This document shows positions 29,893 to 46,600 of a stretch of 64,000 nt of DNA, piece by piece. A program made the position numbers and the translations under genes. Position 1 is the stretch's first letter. Every line of letters begins with the position of its first letter. The DNA is taken from NCBI GenBank assembly GCA_964035545.1, contig OZ037765.1, positions 15,262,698 through 15,326,697 on the forward strand. Direction: 5' to 3'. Source of the stretch: Bugula neritina. Lineage: Eukaryota > Animalia > Bryozoa. The notes beneath the pieces are model-generated. The model ran no database searches. It had not been told where the DNA came from and saw only the letters and a list, made by a program, of their open reading frames with translations.

Positions 29893-32800
29893 TACGCTGT
29901 AACATATTGAAATACGCTCCAACACATTGAAAGATACTGCAACATACTGAAACATACGGCAACATACTGAAATATACTGCAACACATTGAAGTATACTGT
30001 AATATACAGAACTGTACTGTAAAATACTGAGACATACGACAACATACTGAAATACACTGCAACATACTGCAACATACTGCAACATACTGAATTACACTGT
30101 AACATATTCAAATACACTGCAATACATTTAAATTTACTGCAACACACTGAAACATACTGCAACATACTGAAATATACTGCAACATACTGAAATATACTGC
30201 AACATACTGCAACATACTGAAATACACTGTAACATACTGAAATACGCTGCAACATACTGCAACATACTGAAATACACTGGAACATATTGAAACACACTAG
30301 AACACATTGAAATATACTGCAACACACTGAAACATACGGCAACATACTGAAATATACTGCGACACATTGAAATATACTGCAACATAGTCAAATATAATGC
30401 AAGAGACTGTAACATTCTGAATTACACTGTAATATACTGAAATATACTTCAACATACTGAAACATACCTAAAATTATTGAAATATACTGAAATACAGTGT
30501 AGGATATTGAAATACGCTGCAACAATTTTGAATATACAGCAACATACCGAATTATATGGTCACCTACTGAAATATGTTGCAAACTACTGAAATATACTGC
30601 AACATACTGCAACATAATGAAATATACTATAACACACTGGAATTAACTGCAAAATACTGAAATATACTGTAACATACTGAAACATACTGCAACATACCGA
30701 AATAACTGTAACATACTGAAACATACTGCAAGATACTGCAATGTACTGAAATACACTGTAACATACTGAAATACACTGCAACATACTGCAACATACTGAC
30801 ATACACTGGAACATACTGAAATACACTGCAACATACTACAACATACGGAAATACACTGTAACCTACTGAAATATGCTGTAGCACACTGAAATATACTGCA
30901 ACATACTGAAATATAATGCAAGTTGCTACAACATACTGAAATACACTGTGACATACTGAGATACACTGCAACATACTGCAACATACTGCAACATACTGAA
31001 ATACACTGTAACATATTGAAATACACGGCAACACCTTGAAATATGTTGCAATACACTGAAAGATACGGCAACATACTGAAATATACTGCGACACATTGAA
31101 ATATACTGCAGCATACTGAAATATGCTGGAGCATACTGAAATACACTGCAAGATAGTCAAATATAATGCAAGAGACTGTAACATTCTGAATTACACTGTG
31201 ACATACTGAAATACACTGCAACATACTGCAACATACTGCAACATACTGCAACATACTGAAATACACTGTAACATTATGAATTACACTGCAAAACATTGAA
31301 AAAAACTGCAACATACCGAAATATATGGTAAACTACTGAAATATACTGTAACACATTGAAAAAAACTGCAACATACTGAAATATACTGTAACATACTGAA
31401 ACATACTGCAGCATACTGAAATATGCTGTAGCATACTGAAATATACTGTAACACACTGTAATATACTGCAACATACTGCAACATACTGACATACATAGAA
31501 CATACTGAAATACACTGCAACATATTACAACATACTGAAACACACTGTAACCTACTGAAATATGCTGTAGCACACTGAAATATACAGCAACATACTGAGA
31601 TATAATGCAAGTTACTACAACATACTGAAATACAATGTGACATACTGAGATACACTGCAACAGCTTGAAATATACTGCAACACACTGAAAGATACGGCAA
31701 CATACTGAAGTATACTGCGACACATTGAAATATACTGCAGCATACTGAAATACTCTGTAGCATACTGAAATATACTGTAACACACCGAAATATACTGCAA
31801 CATACTGAAATACATTGTAACATACTGAAATACACTGCAACATACTGAAATACACTGTAACATACTGAAATATACTGCAACATACTGCAACATACCGAAA
31901 TACACTGTAACATACGGAAATACACTGCAACATACTGCAACATACTGAAATACACTGGAACATATTGAAACACACTACAACACATTGAAATATACTGCAA
32001 CACACTGAAACATACAGCAATATACCAAAATATACTGCGACACATGGACCTATACTGCAACATAGTTAAATATAATGAAAGATACTGCAATATTCTGAAA
32101 TACACTGTGACATACTGAAATACACTGAAACATATTGCAACATACTGCAACATACTGCAACATACTGCAACATACTGAAATACACTGTAAAATATTGAAG
32201 TGCACTGCAACACATTGAAATATACTGCAACACACTGAAATATACGGCAACATACTGAAATATACTGCAACACATTGAAATATACTGCAACATAGTCAAA
32301 TATAATGCAAGATACTGTAACATTCTGAAATACACTGTGACATACTAAAATACATTGCAACATACTGCTACATACTGCAACATACTGCAACATATTGAAA
32401 TACACTGTCACATATTGAAGTACACTGCAACACATTGAAATATACTGCAACACACTGAAACATACGGCAACATACTGAAATATACTGCAACACATTGAAT
32501 TATACTGCAACATACTGAAATATGCTGTAGTATACTAAAATACACTGCAACACAGGGAAGTATACTGTAAAATACAGAAATATACTGTAACATACTGAAA
32601 CATATGTCAAAATACTGAAATGTACTGCAACATGCTGAAATATATTGCAACATACTGAATAACACTGTAACATACTCAATTACACTGCAACAAACTGCAA
32701 CATACTGAACTACGCTGTAACATATTGAAATACGCTCCAACACATTGAAAGAAACTGCAACATACCTAAATATACGATAATATACTGAAATATACTGTAA

Positions 32801-35800
32801 CACATTAAAAAACATTGCAACATACTGAAACATGCTGTAGCACACTGAAATACACTGCAACATACTGAAATACACTGTAAAATACTGAAATACACCGCAA
32901 CATACTGCAACATACTGAAATACACTGTAACCAACTGGAATATGCTGTAGCACACTGAAATATACTGCAACATACTGAAATATAATGCAAGTTACTACAA
33001 CATACTGAATTACACTGCAACACATTGAAATAAACCGCAACATACCTAAATATACGATAATATACTGAAATATACTGTAACACAATGAAAAACATTGCAA
33101 CATGCTGAAACATGCTGTAGCACACTGAAATACACTGCAACATACTGAAATACACTGTAAAATACTGAAATACACTGCAACATACAGCAACATACTGAAA
33201 TACACTGTAACCTACTGAAATACACTGCAACATACTACAACATACTGAAATACACAGTAACATTATAAATTACACTGCAACACATTGAAAAATAACTGCA
33301 ACATACCGAAATATATGGTAAACTACTGAAAGATACTGTAACACATTGAAAAAAACTGCAACATACTGAAATATACTGTAGCACACTGAATTATACTGCA
33401 ACATACTGAGATATAATGCAAGTTACTACAACATACTGAAATACACTGTGACATACTGAGATACACTGCAACAGCTTGAAATATACTGCAACACACTGAA
33501 AGATACGGCAACATACTGAAGTATACTGCGACACATTGAAATATACTGCAGCATACTGAAATACTCTGTAGCATACTGAAATATACTGTAACACACTGAA
33601 ATATACTGCAACATACTGAAATACATTGTAATATACTGAAATATACTGCAACATACTGAAATACACTGTAACATACTGAAATATACTGCAACATACTGCA
33701 ACATACCGAAATACACTGTAACATACTGAAATACACTGCAACATACTGCAACATACTGAAATACACTGGAACATATTGAAACACACTACAACACATTGAA
33801 ATATACTGCAACACACTGAAACATACAGCAATATACCAAAATATACTGCGACACATTGACATATACTGCAACATAGTTAAATATAATGCAAGATACTGCA
33901 ATATTCTGAAATACACTGTGACATACTGAAATACACTGCAACATACTGCAACATACTGCAACATACTGCAACATACTGCAACATACTGCAACATACTGCA
34001 ACATACTGAAATACACTGTAAAATATTGAAGTGCACTGCAACACATTGAAATATACTGCAACACACTGAAAGATACGGCAACATACTGAATTATACTGCG
34101 ACACATTGAAATATACTGCAGAATACTGAAATATGCTGTAGCATACTGAAATATACTGTAACACACTGAAATATACTGCAACACACTGCAACATACTGAA
34201 ATACACTGTGACATACTGAAATACACTGCAACTTATTACAACATATTGAAATACACTGCAACACAATAAAATATACTGCAACACACTGAAACATACGGCA
34301 ACATATTGAAATATACTGCAACACATTGAAATATTCCGCAACATACTGAAATATGCTGTAGCACACTGAAATACACTTCAACCAACTGCAACATACTGAA
34401 ATACACTGGAACATATTGAATTACACTACAACACATTGAAATATACTGCAACACACTGAAACATACAGCAACATACTGAAATATACTGCGACACATTGAG
34501 ATATACTGCAACATAGTTCACTATAATGCAAGATACTGCAACATACTGAAATACACTGCAACACATTGAAATAAACCGCAACATACCTAAATATACGGTA
34601 ACATACTGAAATATACTGTAACACATTGAAAAACATTGTAACATACTGAAACATACTGAAATATGCTGTAGCACACTGAAATACACCGCAATTCACTGAA
34701 AAATAGTGTAATATACGGAAATGTACCGTAACATACTGAAATATACTGTAACAGACTGAAATGTACTGTAACACACTGAAATATACTGCAACATGCTGAA
34801 ATACACTGTAACATACTGAAATAAACTGCAACATACTGCAACATATCAAAATACACTGTAACAAACTGAAACACACTCCAACATACTACAACATACTGAA
34901 ATACACTGTAACATATTGAAATACATCGCAACACATTGAAATATACCGCAACATACTGAAATATGCTGTAGCACACTGAAATACACTTCAACATACTGCA
35001 ACATACTGAAATACAATGGAACATATTGAAATACACTACAACACATTGAAATATACTGCAACACACTGAAATATACAGCAACATACTGAAATATACTGCG
35101 ACACATTGAGATATACCGCAACATAGTTAAATATAATGCAAGATACTGCAACATACTGAAATACACTCTGACATACTGAAATACACTGCGACACATTGAA
35201 ATAAACCGCAACATACCTAAATATACGGTAACATACTGAAATATACTGTAACACATTGAAAAACATTGTAACATACTGAAACATACTGAAATATGCTGTA
35301 GCACACTGAAATACACCGCAATTCACTGAAAAATAGTGTAATATACGGAAATGTACCGAAACATACTGAAATAAACTGTAACAGACTGAAATGTACTGTA
35401 ACACACTGAAATATACTGCAACATGCTGAAATACACTGTAACATACTGAAATAAACTGCAAAATACTGCAACATACCAAAATACACCGTAACAAACTGAA
35501 ATACACTCCAACATACTACAACATACTGAAATATACTGTAACATATTGAAATACATCGCAACACATTGAAATATACTGCAACATACCGAAATATATGGTA
35601 AACTACTGAAATATACTGTAACACATTGAAACCTACCGCAAAATACTAAAATACACTGCAACACATTGAAGTATACTGTAATATATAGAAATGTACTGTA
35701 AAATACTTAAACATACGACAACATACTAAAAAATATACTGCAACATACTGAATTACACTGCAATATACTGAAATATACTTCAACATACTGAAACATACCT

Positions 35801-38800
35801 AAAATTATTGAAATATACTGAAATACAGTGTAGGATATTGAAATACACTGCAACAATTTTGAATATACAGCAACATACCGAATTATATGGTCACCTACTG
35901 AAATATGTTGCAAACTACTGAAATACACTGCAACATACTGCAACATAATCAAATATACTGTAACACACTGGAATAAACTGCAAAATACTGAAATATACTG
36001 TAACATACTGAAACATACTGCAACATACCGAAATATACTGCGACACATTGAAATATACTGCAACATGGTTAAATATAATGCAAGATACTGCAACATTCTG
36101 AAATACACTGTGACATACTGAAATACACTGCAACATACTGCAACATACTGCAACATACTGCAACATACTAAAATGCACTGTAAAATATTGAAGTGCACTG
36201 CAACACATTGATATATACTGCAACACACTGATATATACGGCAACATACTGAAATATACTGCAACACATTGAAATATACTGCAACATAGTCAAATATAATG
36301 CAAGATACTGCAACATTCTGAAATACACTGTGACATACTGAAATACACTGCAACATACTGCAACATACTGCAACATACTGAAATACACTGTCACATATTG
36401 AAGCACACTGCAACACATTGAAATATACTGCAACACACTGAAACATACGGCAACATACTGAAATATACTGCAACGCATTGAAATATACTGCAACATACTG
36501 AAATATGCTGTAGTATACTGAAATACACTGCAACACATTGTAGTACACTGTAATATACAGAAATGTACTGCAACATACTGAAACATATGTCAACATACTG
36601 AAATGTACTGCAACATGCTGAAATATATTGCAACATACTGAAATACACTGTAACAAACCCAATTACACTGCAACAAACTGCAACATACTGAATTACGCTG
36701 TAACATATTGAAATACGCTCTAACACATTGAAAGAAACTGCAACATACCTAAATATACGATAATATACTGAAATATACTGTAACACATTGAAAAACATTG
36801 CAACATACTGAAACATGCTGTAGCACACTGAAATACACTGCAACATACTGAAATACACTGTAAAATACTGAAATACACTGCAACATACTGCAACATACTG
36901 AAATACACTGTAACCTAGTGAAATACACTGCAACATACTACAACATACTGAAATACACTGTAACATTATGAACTACACTGCAACACATTAAAAAATACTG
37001 CAACATACCGAAATATATGGTAAACTACTGAAATATACTGTAACACATTTAAAAAAACTGCATCATACTAAAATATACTGTAACACACTGAAATATACTG
37101 CAAAACACTGAAATACATTGTAACATACTGAAATACACTGTAACATGCTGAAATATACTGCAACACACTGCAACATGCTGAAATACGCTGTAACATATTG
37201 AAATACGCTCCAACACATTGAAAGATACTGCAACATACTGAAACATACGGCAACATACTGAAATATACTGCAACACATTGAAGTATACTGTAATATACAG
37301 AACTGTACTGTAAAATACTGAGACATACGACAACATACTGAAATACACTGCAACATACTGCAACATACTGCAACATACTGAATTACACTGTAACATATTC
37401 AAATACACTGCAATACATTTAAATTTACTGCAACACACTGAAACATACTGCAACATACTGAAATATACTGCAACATACTGAAATATACTGCAACATACTG
37501 CAACATACTGAAATACACTGTAACATACTGAAATACGCTGCAACATACTGCAACATACTGAAATACACTGGAACATATTGAAACACACTAGAACACATTG
37601 AAATATACTGCAACACACTGAAACATACGGCAACATACTGAAATATACTGCGACACATTGAAATATACTGCAACATAGTCAAATATAATGCAAGAGACTG
37701 TAACATTCTGAATTACACTGTAATATACTGAAATATACTTCAACATACTGAAACATACCTAAAATTATTGAAATATACTGAAATACAGTGTAGGATATTG
37801 AAATACGCTGCAACAATTTTGAATATACAGCAACATACCGAATTATATGGTCACCTACTGAAATATGTTGCAAACTACTGAAATATACTGCAACATACTG
37901 CAACATAATGAAATATACTATAACACACTGGAATTAACTGCAAAATACTGAAATATACTGTAACATACTGAAACATACTGCAACATACCGAAATAACTGT
38001 AACATACTGAAACATACTGCAAGATACTGCAATGTACTGAAATACACTGTAACATACTGAAATACACTGCAACATACTGCAACATACTGACATACACTGG
38101 AACATACTGAAATACACTGCAACATACTACAACATACGGAAATACACTGTAACCTACTGAAATATGCTGTAGCACACTGAAATATACTGCAACATACTGA
38201 AATATAATGCAAGTTGCTACAACATACTGAAATACACTGTGACATACTGAGATACACTGCAACATACTGCAACATACTGCAACATACTGAAATACACTGT
38301 AACATATTGAAATACACGGCAACACCTTGAAATATGTTGCAATACACTGAAAGATACGGCAACATACTGAAATATACTGCGACACATTGAAATATACTGC
38401 AGCATACTGAAATATGCTGGAGCATACTGAAATACACTGCAAGATAGTCAAATATAATGCAAGAGACTGTAACATTCTGAATTACACTGTGACATACTGA
38501 AATACACTGCAACATACTGCAACATACTGCAACATACTGCAACATACTGAAATACACTGTAACATTATGAATTACACTGCAAAACATTGAAAAAAACTGC
38601 AACATACCGAAATATATGGTAAACTACTGAAATATACTGTAACACATTGAAAAAAACTGCAACATACTGAAATATACTGTAACATACTGAAACATACTGC
38701 AGCATACTGAAATATGCTGTAGCATACTGAAATATACTGTAACACACTGTAATATACTGCAACATACTGCAACATACTGACATACATAGAACATACTGAA

Positions 38801-41800
38801 ATACACTGCAACATATTACAACATACTGAAACACACTGTAACCTACTGAAATATGCTGTAGCACACTGAAATATACAGCAACATACTGAGATATAATGCA
38901 AGTTACTACAACATACTGAAATACAATGTGACATACTGAGATACACTGCAACAGCTTGAAATATACTGCAACACACTGAAAGATACGGCAACATACTGAA
39001 GTATACTGCGACACATTGAAATATACTGCAGCATACTGAAATACTCTGTAGCATACTGAAATATACTGTAACACACCGAAATATACTGCAACATACTGAA
39101 ATACATTGTAACATACTGAAATACACTGCAACATACTGAAATACACTGTAACATACTGAAATATACTGCAACATACTGCAACATACCGAAATACACTGTA
39201 ACATACGGAAATACACTGCAACATACTGCAACATACTGAAATACACTGGAACATATTGAAACACACTACAACACATTGAAATATACTGCAACACACTGAA
39301 ACATACAGCAATATACCAAAATATACTGCGACACATGGACCTATACTGCAACATAGTTAAATATAATGAAAGATACTGCAATATTCTGAAATACACTGTG
39401 ACATACTGAAATACACTGAAACATATTGCAACATACTGCAACATACTGCAACATACTGCAACATACTGAAATACACTGTAAAATATTGAAGTGCACTGCA
39501 ACACATTGAAATATACTGCAACACACTGAAATATACGGCAACATACTGAAATATACTGCAACACATTGAAATATACTGCAACATAGTCAAATATAATGCA
39601 AGATACTGTAACATTCTGAAATACACTGTGACATACTAAAATACATTGCAACATACTGCTACATACTGCAACATACTGCAACATATTGAAATACACTGTC
39701 ACATATTGAAGTACACTGCAACACATTGAAATATACTGCAACACACTGAAACATACGGCAACATACTGAAATATACTGCAACACATTGAATTATACTGCA
39801 ACATACTGAAATATGCTGTAGTATACTAAAATACACTGCAACACAGGGAAGTATACTGTAAAATACAGAAATATACTGTAACATACTGAAACATATGTCA
39901 AAATACTGAAATGTACTGCAACATGCTGAAATATATTGCAACATACTGAATAACACTGTAACATACTCAATTACACTGCAACAAACTGCAACATACTGAA
40001 CTACGCTGTAACATATTGAAATACGCTCCAACACATTGAAAGAAACTGCAACATACCTAAATATACGATAATATACTGAAATATACTGTAACACATTAAA
40101 AAACATTGCAACATACTGAAACATGCTGTAGCACACTGAAATACACTGCAACATACTGAAATACACTGTAAAATACTGAAATACACCGCAACATACTGCA
40201 ACATACTGAAATACACTGTAACCAACTGGAATATGCTGTAGCACACTGAAATATACTGCAACATACTGAAATATAATGCAAGTTACTACAACATACTGAA
40301 TTACACTGCAACACATTGAAATAAACCGCAACATACCTAAATATACGATAATATACTGAAATATACTGTAACACAATGAAAAACATTGCAACATGCTGAA
40401 ACATGCTGTAGCACACTGAAATACACTGCAACATACTGAAATACACTGTAAAATACTGAAATACACTGCAACATACAGCAACATACTGAAATACACTGTA
40501 ACCTACTGAAATACACTGCAACATACTAAAACATACTGAAATACACAGTAACATTATAAATTACACTGCAACACATTGAAAAATAACTGCAACATACCGA
40601 AATATATGGTAAACTACTGAAAGATACTGTAACACATTGAAAAAAACTGCAACATACTGAAATATACTGTAGCACACTGAATTATACTGCAACATACTGA
40701 GATATAATGCAAGTTACTACAACATACTGAAATACACTGTGACATACTGAGATACACTGCAACAGCTTGAAATATACTGCAACACACTGAAAGATACGGC
40801 AACATACTGAAGTATACTGCGACACATTGAAATATACTGCAGCATACTGAAATACTCTGTAGCATACTGAAATATACTGTAACACACTGAAATATACTGC
40901 AACATACTGAAATACATTGTAATATACTGAAATATACTGCAACATACTGAAATACACTGTAACATACTGAAATATACTGCAACATACTGCAACATACCGA
41001 AATACACTGTAACATACTGAAATACACTGCAACATACTGCAACATACTGAAATACACTGGAACATATTGAAACACACTACAACACATTGAAATATACTGC
41101 AACACACTGAAACATACAGCAATATACCAAAATATACTGCGACACATTGACATATACTGCAACATAGTTAAATATAATGCAAGATACTGCAATATTCTGA
41201 AATACACTGTGACATACTGAAATACACTGCAACATACTGCAACATACTGCAACATACTGCAACATACTGCAACATACTGCAACATACTGCAACATACTGA
41301 AATACACTGTAAAATATTGAAGTGCACTGCAACACATTGAAATATACTGCAACACACTGAAAGATACGGCAACATACTGAATTATACTGCGACACATTGA
41401 AATATACTGCAGAATACTGAAATATGCTGTAGCATACTGAAATATACTGTAACACACTGAAATATACTGCAACACACTGCAACATACTGAAATACACTGT
41501 GACATACTGAAATACACTGCAACTTATTACAACATATTGAAATACACTGCAACACAATAAAATATACTGCAACACACTGAAATATACAGCAACATACTGA
41601 AATATACTGCGACACATTGAGATATACCGCAACATAGTTAAATATAATGCAAGATACTGCAACATACTGAAATACACTCTGACATACTGAAATACACTGC
41701 GACACATTGAAATAAACCGCAACATACCTAAATATACGGTAACATACTGAAATATACTGTAACACATTGAAAAACATTGTAACATACTGAAACATACTGA

Positions 41801-43690
41801 AATATGCTGTAGCACACTGAAATACACCGCAATTCACTGAAAAATAGTGTAATATACGGAAATGTACCGAAACATACTGAAATAAACTGTAACAGACTGA
41901 AATGTACTGTAACACACTGAAATATACTGCAACATGCTGAAATACACTGTAACATACTGAAATAAACTGCAAAATACTGCAACATACCAAAATACACCGT
42001 AACAAACTGAAATACACTCCAACATACTACAACATACTGAAATATACTGTAACATATTGAAATACATCGCAACACATTGAAATATACTGCAACATACCGA
42101 AATATATGGTAAACTACTGAAATATACTGTAACACATTGAAACCTACCGCAAAATACTAAAATACACTGCAACACATTGAAGTATACTGTAATATATAGA
42201 AATGTACTGTAAAATACTTAAACATACGACAACATACTAAAAAATATACTGCAACATACTGAATTACACTGCAATATACTGAAATATACTTCAACATACT
42301 GAAACATACCTAAAATTATTGAAATATACTGAAATACAGTGTAGGATATTGAAATACACTGCAACAATTTTGAATATACAGCAACATACCGAATTATATG
42401 GTCACCTACTGAAATATGTTGCAAACTACTGAAATACACTGCAACATACTGCAACATAATCAAATATACTGTAACACACTGGAATAAACTGCAAAATACT
42501 GAAATATACTGTAACATACTGAAACATACTGCAACATACCGAAATATACTGCGACACATTGAAATATACTGCAACATGGTTAAATATAATGCAAGATACT
42601 GCAACATTCTGAAATACACTGTGACATACTGAAATACACTGCAACATACTGCAACATACTGCAACATACTGCAACATACTAAAATGCACTGTAAAATATT
42701 GAAGTGCACTGCAACACATTGATATATACTGCAACACACTGATATATACGGCAACATACTGAAATATACTGCAACACATTGAAATATACTGCAACATAGT
42801 CAAATATAATGCAAGATACTGCAACATTCTGAAATACACTGTGACATACTGAAATACACTGCAACATACTGCAACATACTGCAACATACTGAAATACACT
42901 GTCACATATTGAAGCACACTGCAACACATTGAAATATACTGCAACACACTGAAACATACGGCAACATACTGAAATATACTGCAACGCATTGAAATATACT
43001 GCAACATACTGAAATATGCTGTAGTATACTGAAATACACTGCAACACATTGTAGTACACTGTAATATACAGAAATGTACTGCAACATACTGAAACATATG
43101 TCAACATACTGAAATGTACTGCAACATGCTGAAATACACTGTAACAAACCCAATTACACTGCAACAAACTGCAACATACTGAATTACGCTGTAACATATT
43201 GAAATACGCTCTAACACATTGAAAGAAACTGCAACATACCTAAATATACGATAATATACTGAAATATACTGTAACACATTGAAAAACATTGCAACATACT
43301 GAAACATGCTGTAGCACACTGAAATACACTGCAACATACTGAAATACACTGTAAAATACTGAAATACACTGCAACATACTGCAACATACTGAAATACACT
43401 GTAACCTAGTGAAATACACTGCAACATACTACAACATACTGAAATACACTGTAACATTATGAACTACACTGCAACACATTAAAAAATACTGCAACATACC
43501 GAAATATATGGTAAACTACTGAAATATACTGTAACACATTTAAAAAAACTGCATCATACTAAAATATACTGTAACACACTGAAATATACTGCAAAACACT
43601 GAAATACATTGTAACATACTGAAATACACTGTAACATGCTGAAATATACTGCAACACACTGCAACATGCTGAAATACGCTGTAACATACT
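29893..43690 (+). repeat. Higher-order tandem duplication with a 7291-bp unit; the second copy is shorter by 780-bp and 20-bp segments
   Basis: Offset 7291 (30134/37425, 31274/38565, 33786/41077) changes to 6511 at ~41580 (35217/41728) and to 6491 at ~43135 (36720/43211). Confidence 0.88.
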
Positions 43691-46600
43691 GAAATACACT
43701 GCAACATACTACAACACATTGAAATACACTGCAACACATTGAAATATACTGCAACACACTGAAACATACGGCAACATATTGAAATATACTGCAACACATT
43801 GAAATATACCGCAACATACTGAAATATGCTGTAGCACACTGAAATACACTGCAACCCACTATAATATAGTGTAATATACAGAAATGTACTGTAACATAGT
43901 GAAATATACTGTAACATACTGAAAGGTACTGCAACATACTGAAGTACACTGCAACATACTGCAACATACTGAAATACACTGGAACATATTGAAATACACT
44001 ACAACACATTGCAATATACTGCAACACACTGAAACGTACAGCAACATACTGAAATATACTGCGACACATTGAGATATACTGCAACATAGTTAAATATAAT
44101 GCAAGATACTGCGACATACTGAAATACACTGTGACATACTGAAATACCCTGCAACATACTGCAACATACTGGAATACACTGCAACACATTGAAATAAACC
44201 GCAACATACCTAAATATACGGTAATATACTGAAATATACTGTAACACATCAAAAAACATTGCAACATACTGCAACATACTGAATTACGCTGTAACATATT
44301 GAAATACGCTCCAACACATCGAAAGATACTGCAACATACTGAAACATACGGCAACATACTGAAATATACTGCAACACATTGAAGTATACTGTAATATACA
44401 GAACTGTACTGTAAAATACTGAGACATACGACAACATACTGAAATACACTGCAACATACTGCAACATACTGCAACATACTGAATTACACTGTAACATATT
44501 CAAATACACTGCAATACATTTAAATTTACTGCAACACACTGAAACATACTGCAACATACTGAAATATACTGCAACATATCGAAGTATATTGTAATATACA
44601 GACGTGTATTGTAACATACTGAAACATACGGAAAGCTACTGGAATATACTTCAACATACTGAATTATACTGCAACATACCGCAACATACTGAATTACACT
44701 GTAACATACTGAAATACACTGCAACACCTTGAAATAAACCGCAACATACCTAAATATACGATAATATACTGAAATATACTGTAACACATTGAAAAACATT
44801 GCAACATACTGAAACATGCTGTAGCACACTGAAATACACTGCAACATACTGAAATACACTGTAAAATACTGAAATAAACTGCAACATACTGCAACATACT
44901 GAAATACACTGTAACCTACTGAAATATGCTGTAGTAAACTGAAATATACTGCAACATACTGAAATATAATGCAAGTTACTACAACATACTGAAATACACT
45001 GTGACATACTTAAATACACTGCAACATACTGCAACATACTGCAACATACTGAAATACACTGTAACACATTGAAATACACTGCAACACCTTGAAATATACT
45101 GCAACACACTGAAAGATACAGCAACATACTGAAATATACTGCGACACATTGAAATATACTGCAGCATAGTGAAATATGCTGTAGCATACTGAAATATACT
45201 GTAACACACTGTAATATACTGCCACATACTGCAACATACTGACATACACTAGAACATACTGAAATACACTGCAACATACGGCAACATACTGAAACACACT
45301 GTAACCTACTGAAATATGCTGTAGCACACTGAAATATACTGCAACATACTGAATTACACTGTAACATATTCAAATACACTGCAATACATTTAAATTTACT
45401 GCAACACACTGAAACATACTGCAACATACTGAAATATACTGCAACATACTGAAATATACTGCAACATACTGCAACATACTGAAATACACTGTAACATACT
45501 GAAATACGCTGCAACATACTGCAACATACTGAAATACACTGGAACATATTGAAACACACTAGAACACATTGAAATATACTGCAACACACTGAAACATACG
45601 GCAACATACTGAAATATACTGCGACACATTGAAATATACTGCAACATAGTCAAATATAATGCAAGAGACTGTAACATTCTGAATTACACTGTAATATACT
45701 GAAATATACTTCAACATACTGAAACATACCTAAAATTATTGAAATATACTGAAATACAGTGTAGGATATTGAAATACACTGCAACAATTTTGAATATACA
45801 GCAACATACCGAATTGTATGGTCACCTACTGAAATATGTTGCAAACTACTGAAATATACTGCAACATACTGCAACATAATGAAATATACTATAACACACT
45901 GGAATTAACTGCAAAATACTGAAATATACTGTAACATACTGAAACATACTGCAACATACCAAAATAACTGTAACATACTGAAACATACTGCAAGATACTG
46001 CAATGTACTGAAATACACTGTAACATACTGAAATACACTGCAACATACTGCAACATACTGACATACACTGGAACATACTGAAATACACTGCAACATACTA
46101 CAACATACGGAAATACACTGTAACCTACTGAAATATGCTGTAGCACACTGAAATATACTGCAACATACTGAAATATAATGCAAGTTGCTACAACATACTG
46201 AAATACACTGTGTCATACTGAGATACACTGCAACATACTGCAACATACTGCAACATACTGAAATACACTGTAACATATTGAAATACACTGCAACACCTTG
46301 AAATATGTTGCAACACACTGAAAGATATGGCAACATACTGAAATATACTGCGACACATTGAAATATGCTGCAGCATACTGAAATATGCTGTAGCATACTG
46401 AAATACACTGCAAGATAGTCAAATATAATGCAAGAGACTGTAACATTCTGAATTACACTGTGACATACTGAAATACACTGCAACATACTGCAACATACTG
46501 CAACATACTGCAACATACTGAAATACACTGTAACATTATGAATTACACTGCAAAACATTGAAAAAAACTGCAACATACCGAAATATATGGTAAACTACTG

